Source of the DNA: an uncultured Nitrospiraceae bacterium
GTDB lineage: Bacteria; Nitrospirota; Thermodesulfovibrionia; Thermodesulfovibrionales; UBA6898
Assembly: GCA_964345225.1 (NCBI GenBank)
Contig: CAYFQB010000053.1
Span: 238,572-262,571 of the forward strand
DNA length: 24,000 nt
Reading direction: 5' to 3'
Part shown: piece by piece, positions 15,839-24,000 of the stretch
Numbering within the stretch: position 1 is the first letter of the stretch
How the letters are laid out: each line of letters starts with the position of its first letter
Made by a program: the position numbers and the translations under genes
Notes under the pieces: model-generated
What the model saw: only the letters and a program-made list of their open reading frames with translations
Told to the model about the DNA's origin: nothing
Database searches by the model: none

Positions 15839-15975
15839 TATGAACGGCTTGTATTTATAATATATCCTTAATAACGGTCCAGAATAAATCCTTCACAGCC
15901 TGCGGTTCCCCTGTTAATTTATTATATCATTTTGCAATTTTTATAAAATTTTTAAAAAATTCACTGTTTTTCTGT

Positions 15976-16908
15976 TCACTTGATCATACCAAATGCCTTA
16001 TACAGCCCGACAACAAGTTCATCCATTCTGTCATAGTCAAGGGTATCGGCTGTATCTCGGGCGGTGTGGTAGTTGAAATTCCTGTAAAATGCCGTGTCAG
16101 TTATCATGAATGCCGGGTAGCCGAATTTCCAGAAACTGCGGTGGTCAGAAAAACTCACACCTATAATGCATGAGACAGCGTTGAGAGATTCTACGGGCAG
16201 GGAGGATACGGTCTTGAAAGAACTCTTCAATTCATTTGTAAATGTCCTTGAGGATATATTCCCAACAAATGCTATGAAATTACCCCTGTCAGGATAAAAA
16301 AAACCAAATCCGGGAAAGGGGTAATCCTGACAACCTTTTTGGTCGCAGTAATACCCGAGCATCTCAAGGGAAACCATACCATAGACATTTTCGCCTCTTG
16401 ACTTAAGGCTTTTTGCATAAAAATAGCTTCCCATATTTCTTGTCCTGAATACAGGAGGTTCCTCAAGACTGAAAGCAACAAAACGAACAGTTCTAGGGTG
16501 AGGATTTACTGCAGTAAGCCTTGCCAGCTCAAGTAAAGCAGCCACACCGCTTGCATTGTCATCTGCACCAGGTGTGCCGACCACTGTATCATAATGTGCA
16601 CCGATAATTAAGACGCCGTACTCTGCATCAAGGGCACCTTTTACCTCTGCGATTATGTTGTAATAGTTGTTTTTCTTATAAGTAAAGCTCTGTCTCATTA
16701 CAATACAACCGTATGAGCGAAATCTCTCCTCAATATAGTCAGCAGTTATATTAAGCTTTGTTACATCAAGATAACTTCTCTGTCCGATATCCTTGGATAG
16801 ATATCTGACCGTTTCAATAATTCTCGGCTTGATCTCTTCCACTTTTACATCCTGAAATGGGTTTAAATTCAAAAATACAAATGTCAGAAATAACTCAATG
16901 ACATTCAT
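15976..16908 (-). CDS. M28-family metallopeptidase (aminopeptidase-like)
   Basis: 310-aa ORF with IGAHYDTV...PGADDNASGVAALLELAR...FVAFSLEE...SDH, the M28 zinc-ligand pattern. Confidence 0.85.
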   Translation of the reverse strand: MNVIELFLTFVFLNLNPFQDVKVEEIKPRIIETVRYLSKDIGQRSYLDVTKLNITADYIEERFRSYGCIVMRQSFTYKKNNYYNIIAEVKGALDAEYGVLIIGAHYDTVVGTPGADDNASGVAALLELARLTAVNPHPRTVRFVAFSLEEPPVFRTRNMGSYFYAKSLKSRGENVYGMVSLEMLGYYCDQKGCQDYPFPGFGFFYPDRGNFIAFVGNISSRTFTNELKSSFKTVSSLPVESLNAVSCIIGVSFSDHRSFWKFGYPAFMITDTAFYRNFNYHTARDTADTLDYDRMDELVVGLYKAFGMIK

Positions 16909-17007
16909 CCCTGACTAAGTATAAGCGGATGGTTCCTATAAACTCAAGAATCAGTTGTAAATATAAATTTTTAAAATCCCTTTGCTGCGGCTAACCAAAG
17001 CATGTTC

Positions 17008-17016
17008 TGTTATAAT
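17008..17016 (+). promoter_or_regulatory. Candidate extended -10 promoter element (TGtTATAAT) for the nucleoside transporter
   Basis: tgttataat lies about 85-90 nt upstream of the nupC-like start. I could not identify a convincing -35. Confidence 0.35.
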
Positions 17017-17097
17017 ATGATAGCCCGAAAATGTTAATCTCAGGGTCAGCTAAAAAAGAAAAGGCAGAACTGTAAGAGTGGTAAAAAAGGATATCCG

Positions 17098-18342
17098 TTG
17101 CAGATGAGAATCCAGAGCATCATAGGGTTGTTCGTCCTGATTATGATTGCATGGTCCATCAGCGAAAACCGGAGGAGGGTCAATTGGAAAGCCGCCTTTA
17201 TCGGGATCTTTTTACAGTTATTACTTGCAGTAATAATGCTTAAAGTACCCCTCTTCAATAACATCTTCCTATTATTGAATAAACTCGTCACTTCACTTGA
17301 GGAAGCTACAAGGGAAGGAACTTCATTTGTCTTCGGCTATCTCGGTGGTGGTACCCTCCCTTTTGATGAGAAATTCCCCGGATCAAGTTTCATACTCGCC
17401 TTGCAGGCACTGCCACTTATTCTTGTAGTAAGTGCCCTGTCATCTCTCCTCTTTTACTGGCGCATCCTGCCTGTTATAGTCAAGGCCTTTTCCTTTGTCC
17501 TTGAAAAAACCCTGAAAATAGGTGGTGCACTCGGGCTTGGAACTGCTGCCAATATCTTTGTCGGAATGGTTGAGGCACCCCTCCTTATCAGGCCTTATCT
17601 TATAGAGATGACAAGGAGTGAACTTTTCTCAATAATGACATGCGGAATGGCAACAATAGCAGGAACTGTAATGGTTCTATATGCCAGCATTCTGAAGAAT
17701 GTTATTCCTGATACAATAGGACACATCCTTATTGCTTCACTAATCAGCGCACCCGCTGCAATAACGGTCTCCAGGATAATGATTCCAGAGACTATGGTGC
17801 AGACTACCGGCAAGCTGTTACCACCGCAGGCAGCAACAAGCTCTATGGATGCTATCACAAAGGGTACATTTGAAGGTCTGAAGCTTCTCCTGAATATTGT
17901 CGCAATGCTAATAGTGCTTGTCGCGCTTGTTCACCTCGCAAATCAGGCACTCGGCCTGCTCCCTGATATAGGCGGAGCCCCTGTTACACTTCAACGTATA
18001 CTCGGCTATGTTATGTCTCCAGTAGTATGGCTTATAGGTATACCCTGGTCTGAAGCCCAGACTGCAGGTGCACTGATGGGCACAAAGACAGTCCTTAATG
18101 AATTCATAGCATACATTGACCTTTCAAATCTCCCTAAAGGTGCATTGAGTGCCAAGAGCAAGTTAATAATGACCTATGCCATGTGCGGCTTTGCAAATTT
18201 CGGAAGCCTGGGGATAATGATAGGCGGTTTAGGTGGTATGGCCCCTGAGAGGAGAAATGAAATAGTTGCACTGGGTATAAAATCCATTGTGGCCGGGACA
18301 ATAGCTACATGCATGACCGGTGCAATTGTCGGAATATTATAA
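17098..18342 (+). CDS. nupC: NupC/CNT-family concentrative nucleoside transporter
   Basis: 414-aa polytopic ORF. The N-terminus (IIGLFVLIMIAWSISENRRRVNWK), GTSFVFG and ...MCGFANFGSLGIMIGGLGGMAPERR are typical of NupC. The start may be ATG 17104 rather than TTG 17098. Confidence 0.9.
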   Translation: MQMRIQSIIGLFVLIMIAWSISENRRRVNWKAAFIGIFLQLLLAVIMLKVPLFNNIFLLLNKLVTSLEEATREGTSFVFGYLGGGTLPFDEKFPGSSFILALQALPLILVVSALSSLLFYWRILPVIVKAFSFVLEKTLKIGGALGLGTAANIFVGMVEAPLLIRPYLIEMTRSELFSIMTCGMATIAGTVMVLYASILKNVIPDTIGHILIASLISAPAAITVSRIMIPETMVQTTGKLLPPQAATSSMDAITKGTFEGLKLLLNIVAMLIVLVALVHLANQALGLLPDIGGAPVTLQRILGYVMSPVVWLIGIPWSEAQTAGALMGTKTVLNEFIAYIDLSNLPKGALSAKSKLIMTYAMCGFANFGSLGIMIGGLGGMAPERRNEIVALGIKSIVAGTIATCMTGAIVGIL

Positions 18343-18727
18343 CCCTTTACTCCTAGCACCATTTGTACAATTTTCAATTTCTGATTGTGCATGGCGTTCT
18401 TTTTACTTCCTACTGCTTACTTCCTACTTTTTACTCTTTGAGAACTAAAAGGTTACGTCATACGGTTACGGTAACGATGCCCGTTTCGGTTATCGTCTAT
18501 CGGTTACGTGTTTATTTAGTTTCTCTGGTTTCTCTGGTTTCTCTGGTTTATCTGGTTTATCTATTTCGCCCTGCTCCTTACCCCCTGCCCTGTTAGTCCT
18601 GAGCCTGTCGAAGGATTACTCCTCACTCCTCACTCCTTACTCCTCACTGTTTATTCTTTTTATTTAGTGCTTACTGCTTACTGCCTACTGCTTACTCCCC
18701 GCTCCTTGCCCCCTGCTCTTTGCTGGT
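18343..18727. repeat. Mosaic short-tandem-repeat element, locus C, filling the whole gap between convergent genes
   Basis: Contains ttacttcctac-type units (about 18403-18436). The block ggttacgtcatacggttacggtaacgatgcccgttt (18451-18486) matches 9211-9246 with 3 mismatches. Five 9-mers (a/g)gttt(c/a)tct lie at 18518-18562, 7-mers ctcactc/cttactc at 18615-18648, and 7-mers gcttact/gcctact at 18669-18696. Two related C-rich words lie at 18568-18592 and 18697-18723. Confidence 0.9.
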
Positions 18728-19177
18728 TTACCTTTTCCTTTCTGACAATACACTATCTATTGAAAAGAGGCCTCCTCCTTTGATCGCAAGTGCAATGGCA
18801 ATCCCTATAACCAGGATATGGAATTCAATCCCTTCACCTTTCTGATTTCCAAACCAGTTCATGAAAAATCCGTTTTGTATGTGATTCATGTATGCACATA
18901 TGGCAATGGATATCCCTATAGCTGTTGCAAAGACCCTCGTCAGCAGACCTAAAACAAGACATATCCCTCCAAACAGCTCTGTAATCATAAGGACAATAAC
19001 TAGAGAAACCGGGATATACATTTTTGTTGTGAATATATCTATTGTTTTTTCAAAGCCGGGACCACCGAACCACCCGAGAACCTTCTGGGCCCCATGGGGA
19101 AACATGACAATTCCCAGAGAAAGTCTTATTAAAAGGAGGTCTATACTCTTGTCTGTTTTTATTATAGACTTCCGCAC
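18728..19177 (-). CDS. DoxX-family membrane protein
   Basis: 149-aa ORF with GTG start. LLLIRLSLGIVMFPHGAQKVLGWFGGPGFEKT and four hydrophobic segments are typical of DoxX. Confidence 0.85.
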   Translation of the reverse strand: MRKSIIKTDKSIDLLLIRLSLGIVMFPHGAQKVLGWFGGPGFEKTIDIFTTKMYIPVSLVIVLMITELFGGICLVLGLLTRVFATAIGISIAICAYMNHIQNGFFMNWFGNQKGEGIEFHILVIGIAIALAIKGGGLFSIDSVLSERKR

Positions 19178-19224
19178 AATTAATTACTTTATTAATTTTA
19201 TTATCAGGAAAGAATTTAAAATAT

Positions 19225-19638
19225 TTAATTATTGTGTAAAAATCTTTTTATGATTAGACTTCTTACAACTTCTAATAAATGCCTAGGTATAAAAGGTTTC
19301 ATAATCCATTCATCAGCTCCTGCCTGTATGCATTCCCGCTTTTTAATTTCTCGAGATTCAGATGTAAGTATTATTATAGGTATGGACTTGTATTCATCTA
19401 TGCTGCAGAGTGTTCTTATGAATTCAATTCCATCCATCTCCGGCATTTTGAGGTCGGTTATCACCATCTCAATCTTTGTAGTTTTTAATTTATCAAGTGC
19501 ATCTTTCCCATTAACTGCCTTGATAGCATTATAGCCTGCTCTCTCTAATATAATTGCTACAAGTTCTCTAATGTAGTCCTCGTCATCTACTATCATTATA
19601 GTTTTTGATATAGTTGTATTTTTTACAGTACCTAACAT
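19225..19638 (-). CDS. Single-domain CheY-like response regulator receiver
   Basis: 137-aa ORF. IMIVDDEDYIRE...MVITDLKMPEMDGIEF...IIILTSE...GADEWIMKPF. There is no output domain. Confidence 0.9.
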   Translation of the reverse strand: MLGTVKNTTISKTIMIVDDEDYIRELVAIILERAGYNAIKAVNGKDALDKLKTTKIEMVITDLKMPEMDGIEFIRTLCSIDEYKSIPIIILTSESREIKKRECIQAGADEWIMKPFIPRHLLEVVRSLIIKRFLHNN

Positions 19639-19824
19639 GCTCTAACCTTTCATTCAATATATTTCATTAGATAGGTGGGCATATTGCATTTCTTTATCCT
19701 TTAAGTATATTTAAAGAAGAATCCCCTATATTTTTTTTATCATATTAATCATGACTTGTCTAATTAAATTATTATATTACCTTATAATTAAAACTTTAGA
19801 TTAATTAAAAATAAAGGCACTTTA

Positions 19825-19863
19825 CCCCGTTTAGAAAGTGTTGTTATTTTCTTCTAACGGAGG
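19825..19863. repeat. REP-like palindromic hairpin, copy 4 (degenerate, opposite orientation to copy 3)
   Basis: ccccgtttagaaagtgttgttattttcttctaacggagg compares with the reverse complement of 6921-6957, ccccgttagaaaatgttgttatttccttctaacgggg. The flanks tttac... and ...gtttactt are shared with copy 1. Confidence 0.65.
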
Positions 19864-20052
19864 TTTACTTTTATTTTTAATTTTATGTATTAAAGTGTAT
19901 GTACTTATAAATAAAATTAATCCTTCAGAAGAAAATGATTTATTGACTGTCTTTTGACTTGGCTAAACAAACTCGGAAAACGAGTTATAGCATTTTGCGA
20001 TACTTGGTCTTCACATTACACACAGTTAGGAATTGAATAAGAATCTTATCTT

Positions 20053-21021
20053 TTATCTGAAATCAATGATCACTTTGAGAGAGCTTTTCTCTGCAGCCTT
20101 CTCAAATGCCTCCCTGGCTTCATTAAACGTGTATATTCCTGTTATGAGCGGTCTGACATCAAGTAGCTTTCTTGAAAGCGCATTTAAAGCAGGTTTAAAA
20201 GGACCGCATCTTGAACCGACCACGGCAAGTTCATCTGTAACAAGATGTGCAAGGTTCATCTCCCTGCCCTCTGTAACAGTGCTTTTCAATATGATTATTC
20301 CCATTGGCTTTATCAATTTTAAAGCCATTTCAAAACCGTCAGCAGAGCCTGTGGCATCAACCACTATATCGTAATTTTTTCCAATTTTTAAATCTTCTAG
20401 AATAAAGGTCTTTATATTCTTTTCTGTGGCAATTTTGAGTTTATTTTTATGCTTTCCGGTCAGACTTACATTATAGTTATAAAGACCGAAGACAAACGAA
20501 ACAAGCAGCCCTAGCTTCCCGTCACCCATAACGAGTATCCTGTCATCAGGTTTGATGCTAACCTGTCTGGTAATCTCAAAGGCTGATGCCAAAGGTTCAA
20601 TGAAAACCGCCTCTTCATCAGAGATGATCTCAGGAACCTCGAATAAATTGTTTAATGGCAGTGTAATATATTCAGCCATGGTACCGTCTTTATCAAGAAT
20701 CCCAAGGACTTTTCTTCTCTGGCAATGATTCTTTAATCCTTTTAAACAGTATTCGCATATGCCACATGCACAGTTGATTTCACCTACAACCCTCCTGCCT
20801 GTCAAGCCCCTGTCTTTTCCATTTATCCTCTCTACCACACCAACAAACTCGTGTCCGATCACCCCTTTAAATCCCTTATATCCCTTTATGATCTCAAGGT
20901 CAGTGTTACAGATACCGGCCATACTTATCCTGATAAGCGCCTCGTTTTCCAAAGGTTCAGGCAGTGGATGATCTTCAACAAATCTAAGTTCTTTGTCAAA
21001 AACTACTGCTTTCATTTCCAT
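20053..21021 (-). CDS. Zinc-dependent alcohol dehydrogenase family (MDR) oxidoreductase
   Basis: 322-aa ORF. Catalytic zinc region GICNTDLEIIKG...GHEFVGVV, structural zinc CACGICEYCLKGLKNHC, and Rossmann segment VMGDGKLGLL. Confidence 0.9.
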   Translation of the reverse strand: MEMKAVVFDKELRFVEDHPLPEPLENEALIRISMAGICNTDLEIIKGYKGFKGVIGHEFVGVVERINGKDRGLTGRRVVGEINCACGICEYCLKGLKNHCQRRKVLGILDKDGTMAEYITLPLNNLFEVPEIISDEEAVFIEPLASAFEITRQVSIKPDDRILVMGDGKLGLLVSFVFGLYNYNVSLTGKHKNKLKIATEKNIKTFILEDLKIGKNYDIVVDATGSADGFEMALKLIKPMGIIILKSTVTEGREMNLAHLVTDELAVVGSRCGPFKPALNALSRKLLDVRPLITGIYTFNEAREAFEKAAEKSSLKVIIDFR

Positions 21022-21178
21022 ACTGTTCCTGTTACATTCTAACGGAAATAATACAATATATCACATAACAATTCATTCCATCCAGACCGTGCAGACAAAA
21101 TTAGTCGTTGTAGTTGTTTGAGTTTATTGCATCTGTATCGTAAAATAAATAATATATTTTGGAGGGAAAGGTTTTAAA

Positions 21179-24000
21179 ATGTATAAAGCAATTATATTTT
21201 TATCACTGTATCTGTTTTTATTTTTACCTTTAGTTACTACTGCTGAGGACAATACTCCATTAAATAATCTTGTTGTAAGATTTGACCTTGAGAACCATAC
21301 AATAAGTGGCATCTCAAGAATTTCCCTGCCTGAAGGACATGCTGCAGTTGTAAATATTTCCGGTCTGAAGGTTCTTTCCGCATCAGTCAATAATAAAGCA
21401 ATCATAACAGAACCAGGTATTACAGCAATCAATTTTCAGCCAGAAGAAGCCAATGATGTTCTGGAAATTATTTACAAAGCAGTATTTGATTTTTTGCCCG
21501 AGACTGACAGAAGTAAGAATCCTGGTGTTGTAAAGGGGAACCTCATCAGTCCCGATGGAATAGCTCTCATTGACGGGTGGTACCCTTCTATAGAGGGAAT
21601 CTCTAACTATAATCTAACTGCAATCCTGCCAAACGATTTCGAAGGAATATCGGAAGCTGAAGAAATAAAAATAATAGAAAAAACAGATGTAAGCAGAGAA
21701 TTCTCTTTTACATTCCCTAATCCGATAGAAAAGGTAACGCTGGTCGCTGGAAGATACATAATAAAAAAAGACAGGCATAATAACACAGACATATTTGCGT
21801 ATTTTCTTCCCAAGGATAGAGATCTTGCAAAAACCTATATAAAATATACAAAAAAATATATCGATATGTATGAAGGCCTTATCGGCAAGTATCCGTTTAA
21901 AAGATTCTCAATCGTTGAGAACATTTTACCAACAGGTTATGCCATGCCTACTTTTACACTTCTCGGGCAGGATATTGTCAGACTGCCGTTTATACTGGAG
22001 ACCTCTTTAGGACACGAGATACTCCATCAATGGTTAGGCAATTCAGTCTATGTCGATTATGCAAGCGGGAACTGGAGTGAGGGGCTGACAACCTTCCTCT
22101 CAGACCACATGTACAAGGAAATTAAAGGTGCAGCATGGGATTACAGAAAACAGGCTCTTATATCATTTGAAAGTTATGTGATACCTGAAAACGATTTCCC
22201 ATTGAAATCTTTCACAAATAGAACTGACAGGACGTCAGAGGCAATTGGATATGGAAAGTCCTTAATGGTATTTCATATGCTGAAAAATCTTGTTGGCGAG
22301 GAGATATTTTATAATTCGCTCGTACTATTTATCGAAAAGAATAAATTCAGACCTGCATCATGGAATGATATCAGGAACGCATTTGAAAAATCTTCTGGTA
22401 AAGATCTGGATTGGTTTTTCAAACAATGGACAGAAGAAAAAGGTGCTCCAGAAATCAATATACAGAATATTGAGGTAAAATACAGGGGCTCAAAAACTAT
22501 AGTATCCTTTGAAATCCACCAGAAGGGGAAAAATTTCAAATTTCCACTTAATGTATTATTAAATCTAAGGGACGGCGAGGTCAAAAGAACATTTGAGATT
22601 GAAGAAGAATCAACTGTCATTGAGATAGAGACAGAGGGCATTCCAGTTAATTTGGTTATCGATAACAACTACGATATATTCAGAATACTTGCAGAGAAAG
22701 AGTTACCACCCGTAATTTCCAGGCTCCTTGGCGACAAGAATAAAATATTTGTTGTACCCCAGGGTAAAAGCGAAGAATATACAGCCTTATCAGAGTCTCT
22801 TAAAAATCACGGATTCACAGAGAAAAAAGAGGAAGATATAAAATATCTCGACTTGAATTCATCTTCACTCATTATTCCTGGTATAGAAACTGGAATCGTA
22901 AAAAGACTCTTCAGCAAACTAACAAAACAGCCTCAGGATTTTTTTCTAATTGTTAAAGAAAATCCGCTCAACAGCAATGGGGTAATAGCGATTATTGACG
23001 GTGCCTCAACAGAGGAACTCTCAGGATATATTAATAAGATTACTCATTACGGAAAATACAGCAACATTTCTTTTAAAGACGGGAAAAACACCTTGAAAAC
23101 TGTAAACAGCAGCGATAAAGGCATACTTGCAGATATCAGCATAGATTATATCGGGGTCGAAGTCCCGCGTACTATTAATACTGCTGACATAATCGAAAAG
23201 GTAAAAAACAAGACCATAGTATATGTCGGTGAATCACACGACAAATTTGAACATCACCGTGTCCAGCTTGAAGTAATAAGGGAATTGCATGAAAAAAATA
23301 AAAATATAGCTATCGGCATGGAGATGTTTCAGAAGCCATTCCAGAAAGTACTTGATGATTATATTGAAGGGAGAATTGAAGAAAAGGAGTTTTTAAAGAA
23401 ATCAGAGTATTTTAAGCGCTGGGGATTCAACTACAACCTGTACAGAGAAATTTTATTATATGCGAGAGAATACAAAATACCCGTTATAGCACTTAATATT
23501 AGCAGAGATATAGTATCCAAAGTCTCCAAAGAAGGCCTTCATGCACTTACAGAAGAAGAACTGAAGGAAGTCCCTGAAGACATTGATCTTACCGACATGG
23601 AATACAAAGAAAGACTAAAAGAAATCTTTGAACATCACAAAAACTCATGGAAGAAAAACTTTGACCTTTTTTATGAGGCACAGGTCCTATGGGACGAATC
23701 AATGGCACACAACCTTAATGAGTTTATTCAGAAGAATCCTGAATATCAGGTTGTTGTCATCGCTGGTGTGGGTCATTTGGCTTTCAGATCGGGAATACCT
23801 AAACGTTGCTACCGGCTTAATAATAAAGATTATTCCATCATTCTGAGCAGTGAGGACATAGAACAGGACATTGCAGATTTTGTCCTTTACCCCGTCCCTA
23901 TTAAGCCGCCCAGGTCTCCGAAACTCGGAGTTATACTCAGGGAAGAAGAAGGGAAAGTGAAAATAACCAGCTTCATACCAGGCAGCATTTCAAAAAAGGC
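21179..24000 (+). CDS. Secreted multidomain protein: M1-type zinc peptidase domain fused to a ChaN/Tiki-superfamily (PF04187-like) domain, with a probable PDZ start; truncated by the window edge
   Basis: Not in the ORF track because there is no stop before the edge. I translated 940 codons from ATG 21179 (RBS ggaggg) without a stop. Features seen: signal peptide MYKAIIFLSLYLFLFLPLVTTAED; gluzincin motif GHEILHQW...NWSEGLTTF; ChaN-like VYVGESHDKFEHHRVQLEVIRELH...IGMEMFQKPFQKVLDDY...IPVIALN...VIAGVGH; final residues LGVILREEEGKVKITSFIPGS look PDZ-like. Confidence 0.8.
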   Translation, partial: MYKAIIFLSLYLFLFLPLVTTAEDNTPLNNLVVRFDLENHTISGISRISLPEGHAAVVNISGLKVLSASVNNKAIITEPGITAINFQPEEANDVLEIIYKAVFDFLPETDRSKNPGVVKGNLISPDGIALIDGWYPSIEGISNYNLTAILPNDFEGISEAEEIKIIEKTDVSREFSFTFPNPIEKVTLVAGRYIIKKDRHNNTDIFAYFLPKDRDLAKTYIKYTKKYIDMYEGLIGKYPFKRFSIVENILPTGYAMPTFTLLGQDIVRLPFILETSLGHEILHQWLGNSVYVDYASGNWSEGLTTFLSDHMYKEIKGAAWDYRKQALISFESYVIPENDFPLKSFTNRTDRTSEAIGYGKSLMVFHMLKNLVGEEIFYNSLVLFIEKNKFRPASWNDIRNAFEKSSGKDLDWFFKQWTEEKGAPEINIQNIEVKYRGSKTIVSFEIHQKGKNFKFPLNVLLNLRDGEVKRTFEIEEESTVIEIETEGIPVNLVIDNNYDIFRILAEKELPPVISRLLGDKNKIFVVPQGKSEEYTALSESLKNHGFTEKKEEDIKYLDLNSSSLIIPGIETGIVKRLFSKLTKQPQDFFLIVKENPLNSNGVIAIIDGASTEELSGYINKITHYGKYSNISFKDGKNTLKTVNSSDKGILADISIDYIGVEVPRTINTADIIEKVKNKTIVYVGESHDKFEHHRVQLEVIRELHEKNKNIAIGMEMFQKPFQKVLDDYIEGRIEEKEFLKKSEYFKRWGFNYNLYREILLYAREYKIPVIALNISRDIVSKVSKEGLHALTEEELKEVPEDIDLTDMEYKERLKEIFEHHKNSWKKNFDLFYEAQVLWDESMAHNLNEFIQKNPEYQVVVIAGVGHLAFRSGIPKRCYRLNNKDYSIILSSEDIEQDIADFVLYPVPIKPPRSPKLGVILREEEGKVKITSFIPGSISKK

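Noticed and set aside
18363-18596. 77-aa plus-strand ORF (and similarly 9741..9932 and 14211..14441) as small protein genes
   Set aside because: All three lie wholly within repeat elements. Their peptides simply mirror the tandem DNA units (for example LVSLVSLVSLVYLVYL). They have no RBS and no coding-like composition.
18518-18696. Tandem repeat arrays as a CRISPR array
   Set aside because: The units are only 7-9 bp and directly abutting, with no spacers. No cas genes or leader are present. This is not CRISPR architecture.
21124-22668. Minus-strand ORFs 21124..21432, 21607..21813 and 22309..22668, and the plus-strand ORFs 22290..22478 and 23628..23846
   Set aside because: They lie antisense to, or out of frame with, a continuous, motif-bearing reading frame of more than 940 codons (M1/ChaN fusion). 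Their sequences are low-complexity. They are shadow ORFs.

Overview
AT-rich bacterial chromosomal window. The gene content suggests an anaerobe of the Nitrospirota or Deltaproteobacteria type, but the taxon cannot be verified from sequence alone. I support about 23 protein genes. In order they are: mglB-mglA (Roadblock/LC7 protein plus Ras-like GTPase); a small zinc-ribbon ORF with an in-frame TGA next to a YkgJ-type CxxCxxxCC protein; a stand-alone IMP-cyclohydrolase (PurH N-terminal) domain protein; an overlapping-gene operon of NYN/YacP-like RNase, PAP2-like membrane protein, OmpR-type response regulator and histidine kinase; yggU (DUF167); a small exported protein; glnA and glnB; a small membrane protein; a PflA/AmrS-like radical SAM enzyme; a RecD2-type helicase; the mercury-methylation pair hgcA-hgcB; an M28 peptidase; a NupC-type nucleoside transporter; DoxX; a CheY-like receiver; a zinc alcohol dehydrogenase; and a large open-ended M1-peptidase/ChaN(Tiki)-domain fusion that is missing from the ORF track because it runs off the right edge. 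No rRNA, tRNA, CRISPR array, transposase or integrase was seen. The most unusual content is non-genic. (1) A family of mosaic intergenic elements is built from 6-14 nt units repeated in tandem, at four loci. Two 137-bp near-identical copies lie in inverted orientation and bracket 6.6 kb that includes glnA. (2) There is a REP-like palindrome family of the form CCCCGTTAGAA...TTCTAACGGGG. (3) A 142-bp MITE-like structured element sits between recD2 and hgcB, with a solo end copy elsewhere. Functional ideas about these elements are hypotheses, not demonstrations.
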